Shown in pieces: positions 11,030-22,059 of a stretch of DNA of 32,000 nucleotides. How positions within the stretch are numbered: the first letter of the stretch is position 1; each line of letters opens with the position of its first letter. The position numbers and the translations under genes are program-made. This stretch comes from Mycobacterium leprae TN (GTDB lineage Bacteria; Actinomycetota; Actinomycetes; Mycobacteriales; Mycobacteriaceae): the NCBI RefSeq assembly GCF_000195855.1, contig NC_002677.1, positions 2,760,001 through 2,792,000 on the forward strand, given 5' to 3'. The notes beneath the pieces were generated by a model. That model searched no databases. It was not told where the DNA came from and worked only from the letters and a program-made list of their open reading frames with translations.

Positions 11030-11470
11030 ATGACCGGAATACCGGTGTTCTCGTCGTTGTGATAACTCACGCACATCCGATAGTAGCTGTCGACGATCTG
11101 TAGCGGAACGCTCGTCGTGTAGTTACCATGTATCAGCAATATGGGCTACAGCTGCTCGCCTTTTCTGATTTTGGCTAGATCCAAAACGACGTGGGGATTG
11201 TAAACAGGTAGCATGCGCAGCTTCTCTTCCCAAAGAAATGTCTTGGCCTTCTTGTGCACAAGGGTTCCGGCCTGCAACTGCTCCGTCAACTCTCTGAGAG
11301 AGTGGATGTCCACAAGCAAGCCAAAGTAATAGTCTGCCACCGAAAAGTCATGTTACTCAGGATTACCTAGCCAAAACGACTAAAATAGCCTCTACCGCTA
11401 TCGGATGCCTCACTCCACCTGGCTATCGCCGCCCAACATCACTAAGTTGGTTGAAACGAAGCGCCCGTGT
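11030..11470 (-). pseudogene. Alpha/beta-hydrolase-like pseudogene remnant
   Basis: ORF 11146..11340 ends ...LDLAKIRKGEQL, then an in-frame TAG (11146-11148) is followed in the same frame by PILLIHGNYTTSVP. This is a classic pre-Asp strand of alpha/beta hydrolases. Upstream, a decayed nucleophile-elbow-like LVMLGGDSQVE is followed by a stop. Confidence 0.35.
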
Positions 11471-11924
11471 TGAGGCAACCTACTGACTTGATGCCAAAAT
11501 TGGTATCGGTAGCAACTCGCACCGTCTGTACTTACCGTATGACAGCACCATTAGCACAACGCTTTAGCAGAAGCAATTCCGGCGAAACGCCTTCCCGCGG
11601 GAGCGATCTACCGGGCTTGAACGCGGCTTCGGTTACCTGCATAACGTAAGGCGGCAAGACAAATCCACGAAGCCACACCAAAGATCGACTCTCTCACGTG
11701 TGGCTGATCGGTCAAACTCCGGTGGCTAACGTGCCTCAGTCGACCCGTCTAATTCCCTATACTGAGCAAGTGCCAAACAGATATCGCGTCATGCAATGGG
11801 AGCACCGGCAACGTCGACAAAAGTTCGCTGAAATCGACCGTCATCAACCGCGCGTTGGAACTGGTCGGGGGTTATTCCTAGTCGCCCAGAGAAAGCTGGC
11901 TGCGACGCGGGCGAACTAATCAGC

Positions 11925-12720
11925 ATGCCGCCGCTGGGTAGTGACCACCACCGACGATGTCGACCCGCTGTTCGCCCTCAAACCGGACTGCGTGGTGTAC
12001 CACCCGAAGTAAATCGACGTCGACAAGTTAGTCCGCATCCTGCCCACCGAAACCAACATGGTGACTACGGCGTTTTTCATTACCGGGCACGATGTGGTCG
12101 GCGACGGTATGCAACCGAGTTGACAAAGTCACCCTAAAATAGGGTTGCGGACAACGCTTTCTATGGTTCACCAGCGACCAGACCAAGAAGCCCGTGGGGA
12201 TTTAGCTAGCCGATCAATCACTCACAGTTGCCCTCGATTACTGTGCAGGGCACGACCACGTTCGGCTAAGCTGTACGGCTGGTGACCGACACGCTCGGCG
12301 CCGAACTAGACGAGATGCATTGCGTGGCCGAGTATGCTCAAACCACAACCGATCTCGAGCTGGGATCCTTGTACGATTGCAGCGGGATGCCTGGCCGGTA
12401 TCTACGCAACCTGGCAGGGAATAGCTAGTGGCAAATCTGTGGTGGAGCTCAACGTCCGGTGGTGCAAGGTAGACGCACTCTAGCCATACTGAATAACAAA
12501 AATCAAAAAGGTCGGGTCATTCAGATCGACGGGCAACCGCCGGTAACCATCACGGTCGGCTTTCTGCCGCCGTACCTCCAGACTGAGACCACCGCCGACT
12601 TTGATGGTGCTCGGGTACATCATGACGGTAATATCCACTATTAACGTGATTCTCGTACGGCGCTGCCACAACACCCGGCATCGCTACATACACCAACCTA
12701 TCACTGGAACTTACCGCGCA
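11925..12720 (+). pseudogene. DapB-N-domain-like NAD(P)-binding oxidoreductase pseudogene
   Basis: Combining frames gives VVTTTDDVDPLFALKPDCVVYHPK(stop)IDVDKLVRILPTETNMVTTAFFITGHDVVG, then later VIQIDGQPPVTITVGF. There are multiple stops and frameshifts. Confidence 0.45.
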
Positions 12721-14153
12721 GGTTGGTGGCAAACAGCTAGCCCACAACCCCCACGGGCCTACGCATCCCCTGGCACTGCCGTGTCCAGGGCTGGGTTCCC
12801 AGGGCCGAACGGGCTTGTAGATCGAATCAAGCGGCGGTACCTCGCGCGGGTCTTGATGGCGGGCAGCCACGATTGCTTTACACAGCGTACCGGCCAAACC
12901 CGCTAATAACTCCATGTCGAAAAACCGTTGTGTCACAAACCGGTTGTGTATGTAACCGAACGAACTGCGGGTTTCAGGATCCGCCCATCCGAGGGTCCAT
13001 CCTAGCCTTAGGTAACCAAATCCTTTGATTAAGAACAAAATCGAAGATATGACGCCAGAGAAGTACACCCGCTCACAAGGCACTCGAAAACGGCAGAACG
13101 GTCCCTTTTCGGTGTTATGCAGTTAAACAACGGATTGCGCAGGTTCAGCTAAGACGACATCATAATCTGGATCGGCGAGTCGGCAGGAAGGCGACCAAAA
13201 TGCACGCCGTGGGTGCTGAGCAAGTACGCGACCTCCTCGCAGATTAGCTGGCACATGCCTTTGCCGGTCACCGCTCGTGCCGAACCAGACAGCAACTACC
13301 CTATAGTCAGCTGCATACTGCACTTGAATCCCCTACAGAGATCGACCTCCACAACGACGAGGCGCTGCTCCATACAGAGATGTTGCATAACCTCCGTCTT
13401 AGTTAAGCCTCGCAGATGCGACAACCCGGATCGATGCCGCAAGTACATTGCGAACCGTGATGTCAGCCCCCCCGTGGGCCACGAACCCCGGCCAGACGTA
13501 GCAAACTGGCTGGTCATTAGGATAACAATCCGCGGTCGTCCAACCGATGCATCACCGTCGACGAGACATCCTTGGCCGACGAAAAACCATTGCTCCGGTG
13601 TCGGGCCGGTTCAAAGCTCAGTGCTGATACCGATCGCGGCGAATACCTCTCCCAGACGTCAACGATAGGCGGCCGACCGTCAATGTAAATATTGTAGGGT
13701 TCCGACACCAAGCCACTGCCCTGAAAACAGGTGCAAACAGTTGCGCGAACAACTTGATGACGTTTGCGACATGTGGTTCTGCAACACCGGACACATTGCG
13801 CGGTAAGCCATCGCCGGTGACTAGGAGACGCTTCCGGTGTCACTGCGCTGCGTAGCCCCGCGCTCTCAACCGAGCCACCGTGAGAACGGTATGTACCCGA
13901 CCTGATGCCATCCCGAGAATAACGGGTTATCAGTAACTACCATGCGCAACTTGGATTTAGTTTGACGATTACCCGACGGGTGTCCAGCTGAAGCGAGCTA
14001 GATCAGCCAAAGCCCAGTGACACCGGCCAGAAAATAACACAATTAACATCACAATAGCTGATTTCAATTGTGATAAGATTACGAATCGACGTGATGAGAT
14101 AGATGTGGACGTCATCAATTTGATCGGCATCAATTGGATGCTGCGGGATTACG

Positions 14154-14819
14154 GTGGCAATGGACGTCGCAGCCGGTTGTGGCCACTTGAGAACTGCTGA
14201 GTGTGCCTGCGCCAACAGCGACTGGCGACCCTTTGTCCCGAAGGTCGATGTGGTGTTCGCTAGCCAAACCGATGAGCCACCTGGCATTGGCAGCGTAGGA
14301 GGGCCTTGCATGGATTCACTGCACAACCAGGCTGGGCCCAGGTAAATTATTGTAGTATACTCTGGTAGAGTACCTCACCAGTAGCGACTTCGGGAACAGT
14401 GATTTCCCCATCACGGTCACCGACGGAATTCGTGACGTGAGCTCTCAGATCGAGTACATGACAGCGAGTTGCCCCCAAGACCAAGAAGATGCTGGGCGTA
14501 TATTCTAAAAGCGTAGCCGCGGCTGGGTATGTCACCTCGGCTGTCATCCCACCGGCAATATCTGCCGCCGCGGTGCCGCCAGAGATAGCAAGCTACGTCG
14601 CCGCGGTCATGCTTTCCGGCACACCTTCGGATCATTTCCTACAGCAATACAACGCTCCGCCGATCGCCATCGGCCCGCTGTATCAGCCCAAAACCTTCAA
14701 GTTGTGCGCTGGAGGCGATGCGCTTTGCGGTGATGGCAACAGTCCTTCCGCGCACGCACTCTAACTTAGTAGACAGCATGGTAGGCCAGGCTGCGGACTA
14801 CATCGCAAATCACCTGTAA
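14154..14819 (+). pseudogene. Cutinase-family esterase pseudogene (cut5/Rv3724-position)
   Basis: PKVDVVFASQTDEPPGIGSVGGPCMDSLHNQ matches the cutinase N-terminal CP.VEVVFARGT.EPPG.G block. The catalytic GYSQG is degraded to GVYSKS. The C-terminal KLCAGGDALCGDGNSPSAHAL matches the D..C....G....H block. The last 17 codons (LVDSMVGQAADYIANHL stop at 14817-14819) are in a shifted frame, and there are stops at about 14345 and 14505. Confidence 0.75.
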
Positions 14820-15439
14820 ATTACAATTCCGTTTCTCTACAAAGCAATTCACGCCGTTGCTGTAGCACTCGAGCAAGTAGTGTCGTTGGGCGACATATTG
14901 GCCAACTACCTAGCCTTCGAAGCAGCTAGACGTTATCGAGTCGGCCCAGGAGGTTGCGCGTACTCCTCACCAAATGGCCCACTAGGGGGCGAATTCTTGA
15001 GCCAGTTCCTGAACCGATGAAGCCGATTAATCACAATGCCGATCCCCAGGAGTACCAGTATCGTCACCACAATTGCGGTGGTCACGCATTCCATGCGTGA
15101 CAGGCCGAAACCTCGGTGGTTGTCTTTGGTTGCCCGCAAGTCAATAAAAGTGAAACGACTTTATGTTGGCCGATTCAGGCGGAGCTACCCTCGTCACACT
15201 TCATGAACCAGTGGCACTGCCACCACGTACATCAATTCGTCCAGCGATTTTCCCTTCACCACCACCTAGCCCGATAAAACCCCCTCAAAATAATGCCGGC
15301 GGCCATCTGTACTTTTACAGACCGTGCGCACCAACGCTGCGTCTCCCCCTACTCCCCTACTCATGCGCCGGTTGTGGACCCAGAACCAGGAAGAAGCAGC
15401 AGACCACGACATCACCACAGGAACTCCACTTCGTCGACG

Positions 15440-17480
15440 CCGTCAGTCCTCACTCACGATGGTGCTACTGGTAGTGGCTTCGGCGCCTTCCTCACGTTTC
15501 TAGACTCCGCCATCGTCAACGTCGCGTTTCCCGACATTCAGTGGTACTTCCATAGCAGCCATCAACAACCCGTCACGGGTGCTCAATGCCTACAACATCG
15601 GCTTCGCTGCATTCTTTGGTGGCCGCGGGTAAGCGCAGTGATCTAGCTGGGACACCGACGGTTGTTCATATCCGGTGTGGTGTTATTCACAGTAGCTTCT
15701 AGCCTGTGCACCGTCGGGCAGCTGATTGCATGTCAGGTGCTGCACGGTATTTGCGCAGCGATTCCGGTACCGGCATCGCTCGAGCTAGTCGTCGAGGCCT
15801 TCGAAGCTAATCGACGCGCACATGGGGTAAACATAGGGGCGTGGTGGGAGCCTATTTGCCGCGGGCCTCAATTCGCCGGTGGGCGGTGCCCTAGTTGAGG
15901 CGCTAAAGTAGCTGGTGAGTGGTCCTGGACAATCTTCCGTTGGGCGTTGCTACCTTGCTGGCTGGTCGACATCTGCTGGTGGAGAGCCGAGCCGTTGGAC
16001 AGCGCCGGGTGCCCGCTTTGCGTGGCGCAGCACTAGTTAGACATAGCGCTGGTCCTGCTCACCCTGACCTTGAGGTTGGTCAAGGACAAAGACTTAATTA
16101 AGCTAAGTTTACCAGACGATCGGGATTTTGGTAGCAGCGACGATCGCAATGGTTGAATTTGTGATGAACTCGCGATACCCACCCGGCACCGCTGATTCAC
16201 CCCGCGTTATTGCGTATACGACCGTTCGCGGACGGCAGCGTGCTCACCCACCATAGGCTGCGTTGGCTTCTACGGGCCTGTCTGCTGACACACGTGCTGT
16301 TTCTGAAAACTACGTCTGGGGCTACTCGCTGCTGCTTCCCGGCCTTGCCGTGGCCCTCGCCAAATTTTCGCTGCTGCGGCTGCGGGGGCTGCATACTGGG
16401 CCGCGTCAACGACCGGCATGGGTATAGCCTGGTCATCCACTGGCGGGGCGCTGTTTTGGGCTGCTCTGGGTACCTAGAATAGGTAGGGTCCAAGTCCGAC
16501 TTCCTCGGTGAAAAGTTGACCGGACAGATATTGCAGGTAATCGGGGGGCGCCACGTCCCCACTGCTGAGCAGCGCCTATCTAGCTGGGCTGTCCGCATAA
16601 GGCAAATATATGCCACCGCCTCGGTCGTGATCGTCAGCATCCGCACCGTTATTGACGTCGCGCCGGCGTCGATGGCGGCCTGCAACTTGACCAACTAGGC
16701 TACTGCGCCGCGGGTGGGCCGATGGTTACAATCTGGCTTGTCGCAGTTGTCGTAGAGGCAGTGTTGCTGGGTCACGTCCTCCCTACCCGCGTGCGCGGAG
16801 GTAGTTTAGCCCCAGCCCCGCGCAGTCAGTCGATCCCCCCGATCAAGGACCGGGCAACCATCAATGGTGTCCGTGGCCTGAGCCGGCGCAGCCGGCTTAC
16901 TACCACGTCGACGTGCTGGGGCTCCGTCGGTGTTTTCCAAGTTAAACTCGATCATCCTGGCACAACTACGAGACCACGGCGAGCAGGTAGAGCTAAATTC
17001 TGTTCCACGCTGGCGATGCATCCGATGCGCTTTAAGTGATGCAGAACGGACGCCTACAGGTGCTCGGCGTGGTCACGGAGCTGGGGCCACGGCGCTGTGG
17101 TCGGCGAGCGCGAGTTGTTGATCAGCGCGCCGTGCTAGGAATCGGTTCGAGCCGTGCGCGACTTGTCCCTCGCCCGACTGGCCAACGCCGAACTCTACAA
17201 GATCGCCGGCGGCCACGTACTTGGAGACACTGGTGCAAGTGCCCGCTCAACGACAACACCAGACTCCGCGAGCGGCCTTCCAGACAACGCCCGAGACGGT
17301 AATCTCGACCATCGACGCCTGCACCAACACGCCGGTAGCAATGGTGGCCACCGAACTTTGCGCGGCATCGTTAAGCCGGTTAAAGGTAATAGCTCTCTAG
17401 CAACGTCGACCGCAACGGGCTGGAAAGCGACAATCAGACCACGGATCGGGTGATGTTGCAGGCGGCCGCCCATGCCCCAG
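15440..17480 (+). pseudogene. MFS (EmrB/QacA-like) transporter fused to a cyclic-nucleotide-binding domain (Rv3728/Rv3239c-type), pseudogene
   Basis: MFS blocks are spread over three frames: FGAFLTFLDSAIVNVAFPDIQ, LFISGVVLFTVASSLC..GQLIACQVLHGICAAIPVPASLELVVEAF and LDNLPLGVATLLAGRHLLVESR. A cNMP-domain block follows at about 17090-17215: GAVVGERELLISAPC(stop)ESVRAVRDLSLARLANAELYKIA. There are many stops. The 3' limit is uncertain. Confidence 0.65.
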
Positions 17481-17903
17481 AGTAGCGGGACTTCTATTTG
17501 CTATTTGCGGCATTGCCGATCGGGTAGTGCTTGGTTGCGGGTACCCCAGTCCCGCCTGCACAACCGTTGCCGGCAACAGTAGAGGGTGCCTCTTCTGATG
17601 CTGGCCGGACGCCCCACTGACCAAGAGCAACCGGTACACGTGGGAGCAACTTGATCACGCTGCGGTCGATGCATGTGGTCCGCCGCGGTAGCTACACCAA
17701 CGACCTGCACCCACTCGCCACCCGGCCGGTCGATCTCGTCCTTAACCGGTAACAGCGCGCGGCGCGTGTGCCCACCTAAGCGTGCTGGAGAAGCTTGGAA
17801 GCGGCCAAGATCACGGTCGACCAGGTTCACTGGCAACCAGCATGGGGCGATCGTCGCTAGGCAAGCAGCTTGCGGTTTGGATGCTGCTGTGTATGCGTAC
17901 ATA

Positions 17904-17941
17904 ATACATATACGCATGCTCGATACATATACGCATGCTCG
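17904..17941. repeat. Perfect tandem duplication of a 19-bp unit (ATACATATACGCATGCTCG x2)
   Basis: Direct reading shows 17904-17922 is identical to 17923-17941. An adjacent GTATGCGTA / TACGCAT partial inverted repeat lies at 17892-17917. Confidence 0.85.
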
Positions 17942-19476
17942 CGTGCGTAAAATTCACAGCGACTACACCCTGCCGAGCAAGAGGCTCGTCCGCAGGAAAC
18001 GTACCATGACCACCTTGTTCAGCGCTTTTGGAGAGCAGCTGATCGAGAAGCTGCCGAAACAGTTCCGCTTGATCAGCGTGGATCCGCTAGCACAACAGAC
18101 CGTTGTGCATCGCCGAGGTAAGCTCGCCGACGTCCTCGCCTGTGCACTGCGGCTACCGTTGCTGTACGCATTAATGGTCTATAATGGCACAATCGGCTGA
18201 GGCATGGCTGGATAATGGGTCCGTCAACACGCTGGCAGGGTTAGAGGGCCCACTAATTGCAGTAAGCGTGACACCGGAGCCAACTCAAGGCTCCAACTTC
18301 CAGCAGCAAAAACATACAGACAGTCAACTGTGCCCAGCCTCAACGACACCCTGCTGTGCAACCATGACGATCAGTGGGGCGATGTCGACGACAGCAGCGC
18401 TGACGCAGGACGACGCTGTTATCAAGCCCATCCAGTAAGCATCGGCTTTATGGAGTACTTCCAGAGCGACCACGCCCCCGAGGCGGGACGGATCGCGGGC
18501 GTGGAAACGTCGCCACAAAATCGTGCTGCTAATACAGCGCTCCCTTCGAAGCCAAAGAATTTCCCGATGTCGCAGTGGGAATTACGCTAGTCCACATAAG
18601 CCGAGCTCCCTCGCGTCTGAGCCCGGAGCCACAACAGCCACACGTCGCTAGCAGGCCAAATCCCCATCAACCGGCGCTAAAGCCAACCACTCAATCGCGG
18701 CCTCAGCTTCGGTCAAGTCATTATCGGCACCACGATACGATCGAACAGGGTCTCCACCAACACACCTGTCGCGGGAATGCCCCAGCTAAATAGGGCAATC
18801 CTCGCGGACCAACTGATCGGTGGCAGTGTGGATAAACCTGTACGAGGTCATCGCTATACCGAAGCCGAACCCTCTCCCACGCCAAGTACGTACCGACCAC
18901 CACAGGTAACCCGGCCGGGCTGTGGCCCTGGTGCACAAGTATGTCCTCGATCTCAGTCAGTACCTTCGCCCCGCGGTTACGGTCGGCATCAGCTGGGCAA
19001 TGCAACAACGTAATGCACATACAGTATCCGAGCCAAGGACCATGCCAAATAGTTATTGTACCGCTCGGCGTTCTGCAGGGCATCTTCAAATCTCACGCAA
19101 AACCTGATCATCGATGACCAGCACATCGCCCCGGCATACCTCAGCCGTAGACGTGGGACAACGTATCTGCGCTACGGACCATGGCCAGCCCCTGCCGTAG
19201 GTCGTCGTAGCCACCCAAGATGACCTAGAAAGCAACGCACCTCGGCACACATAGTCAAAGGCAAGCAGCTAACAAGGATCCGATGAACACGTTGCCCTTG
19301 GTTGGATCACCATCGACCACACCGGCCACCCTAGTTGACCACCACAGCACGTCAGGCCACTCGGCGCACTCAACCCTTTGCATAAATCTGTTGCCATCAG
19401 GACAGCCCCACAATCCAGAATCCGCTCCTCGAGCAACTCAATGATGGCCATTGGCTGCAGAAGCCAACTACGACGC

Positions 19477-21840
19477 CTAGTGCAACCGGTCCTGATACAC
19501 GTGGTCGATCGCCGGCCCCACCGTGGCCACGGCCAGCGGAGCCTTGTCCCCAGTGGCGTTGCACAGCTGACGCACTTCATCAAAACCGGAGCTAGAATTG
19601 AAACGCCCTCGCCAAGCGATGCCACACAACCTGGTTCGAGGAGCAATGCACATCGCAGCTCGGTGCGGATCTTCGGCAGTTAGTGCGTCAGCGATCTTTG
19701 TGGCGTGTTCCCAACTCACTCGCGCCGCGCGGACGTCCTGATTAGTGGCCCATGCTGCGGCGCGCATGTGCCAGCCGTACGCGGCGTGCAAATCACCGGC
19801 GGCCTCCAAATGCTCGGCAATCAGCACCGCGTGCTGATCGACCGAGTGTGGGGCACGCGCTTCGATCGCAGCGGCCAGCCGCCGATGCAACCGGGCCCGA
19901 TCGGATTTCAGTTGTGATTCGTAGGCTACGGTACGAATCAGCGGATGCCGAAACGCATACTCGACGGGCGCGGTAAACCGCACCTGGTCGACGAGGTTGG
20001 CATCGATCAGTTCATCGACGCTAAGATCGATTCCCAAGCTGGCCAGCAGATCGGAGCCGAAGCGAAACCCGATAACTGCCGCGGCAACAAGCAGCTGTTT
20101 GGCAGGCGGACTAAGACGGTCGATGCGGGCAGCTATAGTCGCCTGCAGGGTAGCTGGCACGCAGACTTCGGCCACATCAGTGCTGCAAGCGTACCGGCCG
20201 CGCTCACCTGTCAGAACACCACGTTCAGCGAGCTCTCGAGTGATCTCCTGGGCAAAGAAGGGATTACCTGCCGCGCGCTCGGTGATAAGTTCGCCGATCT
20301 GGGTAACGGATTGATCGAGACCTAACAGCTCAGCAACCAGCGTTGAGGTCTCAACATCGCTCAGGGGTGCGACAGCAATGATCTGTGCTCCAACAACATG
20401 GCGCAAGGCTCCGTGGTACTCGGGGCGATATGTGACCAGTGCCATCGACCGGGTTTGAGGTATCACCGCCAAAAAGTCGGCCAGCATGGAGTCGCTGACC
20501 TCGTCAATCCAGTGAACATCCTCCACCACAAAGACCGCTGGTCGGCTCAAGGCCAACTGGGCGACGTTGATCAGCGCAGTCAACCGCCGCCGCCGCGCAT
20601 CCGGGTCTAGCCTGGGCAGCTCCACCGCGGGATCGGCAATGCCCAACAAGTCGTCAAGGAGCAAAAGATCCTGCGTATCGGCGTCAGGAATCTGCTCCCG
20701 CACACGGGCCCGCGCACTGCGATCATCGAGACCGCTGATCTGCGCCACGGCACGCACCAGCTGGGCCACCACATCGAACGCGACATCGGTGGCGTGCGAT
20801 TCACAGAAAACGGAAAACACCTCGACTTCAAGACCTTTCGCGAGCTGCACAGCTTCGGCGACGAGTCGTGTCTTCCCTATGCCAGCAGGACCAACCAGCC
20901 CCACCACCGAGCCCCGCCCACCGATCGATCGATCGAGCATCGCCGCCAGCGTGGCCAATTCCCACTCGCGACCCACCAACGTCGACTCCGAGAACCACGT
21001 CGGCTGGCGCGGCTCGGCTACGCGTAGCAGTCGCCGCGCAGGCACCGCATCCTCGGCGCCCTTGATGCGCACCGTCTGCGGTGCACCCAACACTGCGGTC
21101 TGCTCCACCAGCCGTGCGGTGGATTCGCTGAGCATCACCACGCCCGGCGGCGCAACCGACTCCATCCTCTGGGCCATCCCCACCTGCACACCAACAGCGG
21201 TGTACCCCAAAGCGCTAGAACCAATTTCACCAACAATAACCTGACCGGAATTCAGGCCCACCCGCAGCTGAAGATCAACACCGTCACGATCACCAACCTC
21301 GGCCGCCAGCCGCCTAGCCTTTTCTTGGACACCAAGCGCGGCTAAACACGCGCGCAACGCATGATCCTCCAACGCCGTCGGCGCACCAAAGATAGCCATG
21401 ATGCCGTCGCCAGTGAACTTGTCCACCGTGCCGCCATAACGCTCGATCACCCCCGCGGCGCGGCTGACCAGCTCGGTCATGATTTCGCGCAGCCGTTCCA
21501 AACCGACCGCTGCCGCGATATCCATCGAACCCACCACGTCGGCGAACAAAACCGTCACCTGCTTGTACTCTGCGGGTGTTTCGGCCTCGACAACCGGTGA
21601 GCCGCACTCATCGCAGAACTTCGCGATCGACCGCAATTCTGCGCCGCACGCCACGCAGACCAACGCCGTCGTCATCCGCCTGTCCGCCCCGCACGGTCCC
21701 AGAGTTTTCGTATTATCCCAGGGCAACGCACCAAACGCCGGACATTGACGCTGTTCATGGTCAGTTAGCGCAATTAGGCGTCTACGCCCACGGCGGGCCA
21801 GTATCTCGGCCGTGTCAAGCCATGCATCTATCTCGCTCAT
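19477..21840 (-). CDS. Class III adenylyl-cyclase domain / AAA (STAND-type) ATPase protein of the Rv0386/Rv1358/Rv2488c family, apparently lacking the C-terminal TPR-LuxR part
   Basis: The ORF is 787 aa. It has a zinc-ribbon CVACGAELRSIAKFCDECG. The cyclase core includes VTVLFADVVGS, DKFTGDGIMAIFGAP and GVQVGMAQRMES. Walker A is GLVGPAGIGKTRLV and Walker B is VFVVEDVHWIDE. The likely true start is ATG 21675 (MTTALVCVACG); the track start is 21840. Confidence 0.85.
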   Translation of the reverse strand: MSEIDAWLDTAEILARRGRRRLIALTDHEQRQCPAFGALPWDNTKTLGPCGADRRMTTALVCVACGAELRSIAKFCDECGSPVVEAETPAEYKQVTVLFADVVGSMDIAAAVGLERLREIMTELVSRAAGVIERYGGTVDKFTGDGIMAIFGAPTALEDHALRACLAALGVQEKARRLAAEVGDRDGVDLQLRVGLNSGQVIVGEIGSSALGYTAVGVQVGMAQRMESVAPPGVVMLSESTARLVEQTAVLGAPQTVRIKGAEDAVPARRLLRVAEPRQPTWFSESTLVGREWELATLAAMLDRSIGGRGSVVGLVGPAGIGKTRLVAEAVQLAKGLEVEVFSVFCESHATDVAFDVVAQLVRAVAQISGLDDRSARARVREQIPDADTQDLLLLDDLLGIADPAVELPRLDPDARRRRLTALINVAQLALSRPAVFVVEDVHWIDEVSDSMLADFLAVIPQTRSMALVTYRPEYHGALRHVVGAQIIAVAPLSDVETSTLVAELLGLDQSVTQIGELITERAAGNPFFAQEITRELAERGVLTGERGRYACSTDVAEVCVPATLQATIAARIDRLSPPAKQLLVAAAVIGFRFGSDLLASLGIDLSVDELIDANLVDQVRFTAPVEYAFRHPLIRTVAYESQLKSDRARLHRRLAAAIEARAPHSVDQHAVLIAEHLEAAGDLHAAYGWHMRAAAWATNQDVRAARVSWEHATKIADALTAEDPHRAAMCIAPRTRLCGIAWRGRFNSSSGFDEVRQLCNATGDKAPLAVATVGPAIDHVYQDRLH

Positions 21841-22059
21841 GCCAGCCAGCCTGCGGCCACCACAGGGAACAAATCATCAGCAGAAACACGTAAACCAGCC
21901 GACTTCCTACGCAGATTTCTACCACATCAAGTTTGTTTGGTACCAGATTTTCGATTAATAGCCGGCTCGGCTGTACCCGTTCGGACTCGCCTGACATCTT
22001 CGGATGTTTTGGCAAATATGGCAGCCTCCCAGTCCGCGTTCTACGTCGGCGGCGACCAT

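Noticed and set aside
12550..13083. 177-aa minus-strand ORF
   Set aside because: The first ~95 residues look protein-like (FFDMELLAGLAGTLCKAIVAARHQDPREVPPLDSIYKP), but I cannot assign a family. The remainder is P/G/S/R-rich and overlaps the plus-strand oxidoreductase relic. It is probably another gene fragment, so I did not call it as a CDS.
16197..16694. 165-aa minus-strand ORF
   Set aside because: It lies antisense to recognisable MFS-transporter remnants on the plus strand. Its composition is low-complexity (Q/R/P-rich) with no motif.
17673..18200. 175-aa plus-strand ORF spanning the 19-bp tandem repeat
   Set aside because: The N-terminal two-thirds is Arg/Ser/Thr/Ala-rich shadow-like sequence, and the ORF is translated through the AT-rich repeat. 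There is no recognisable domain or RBS.
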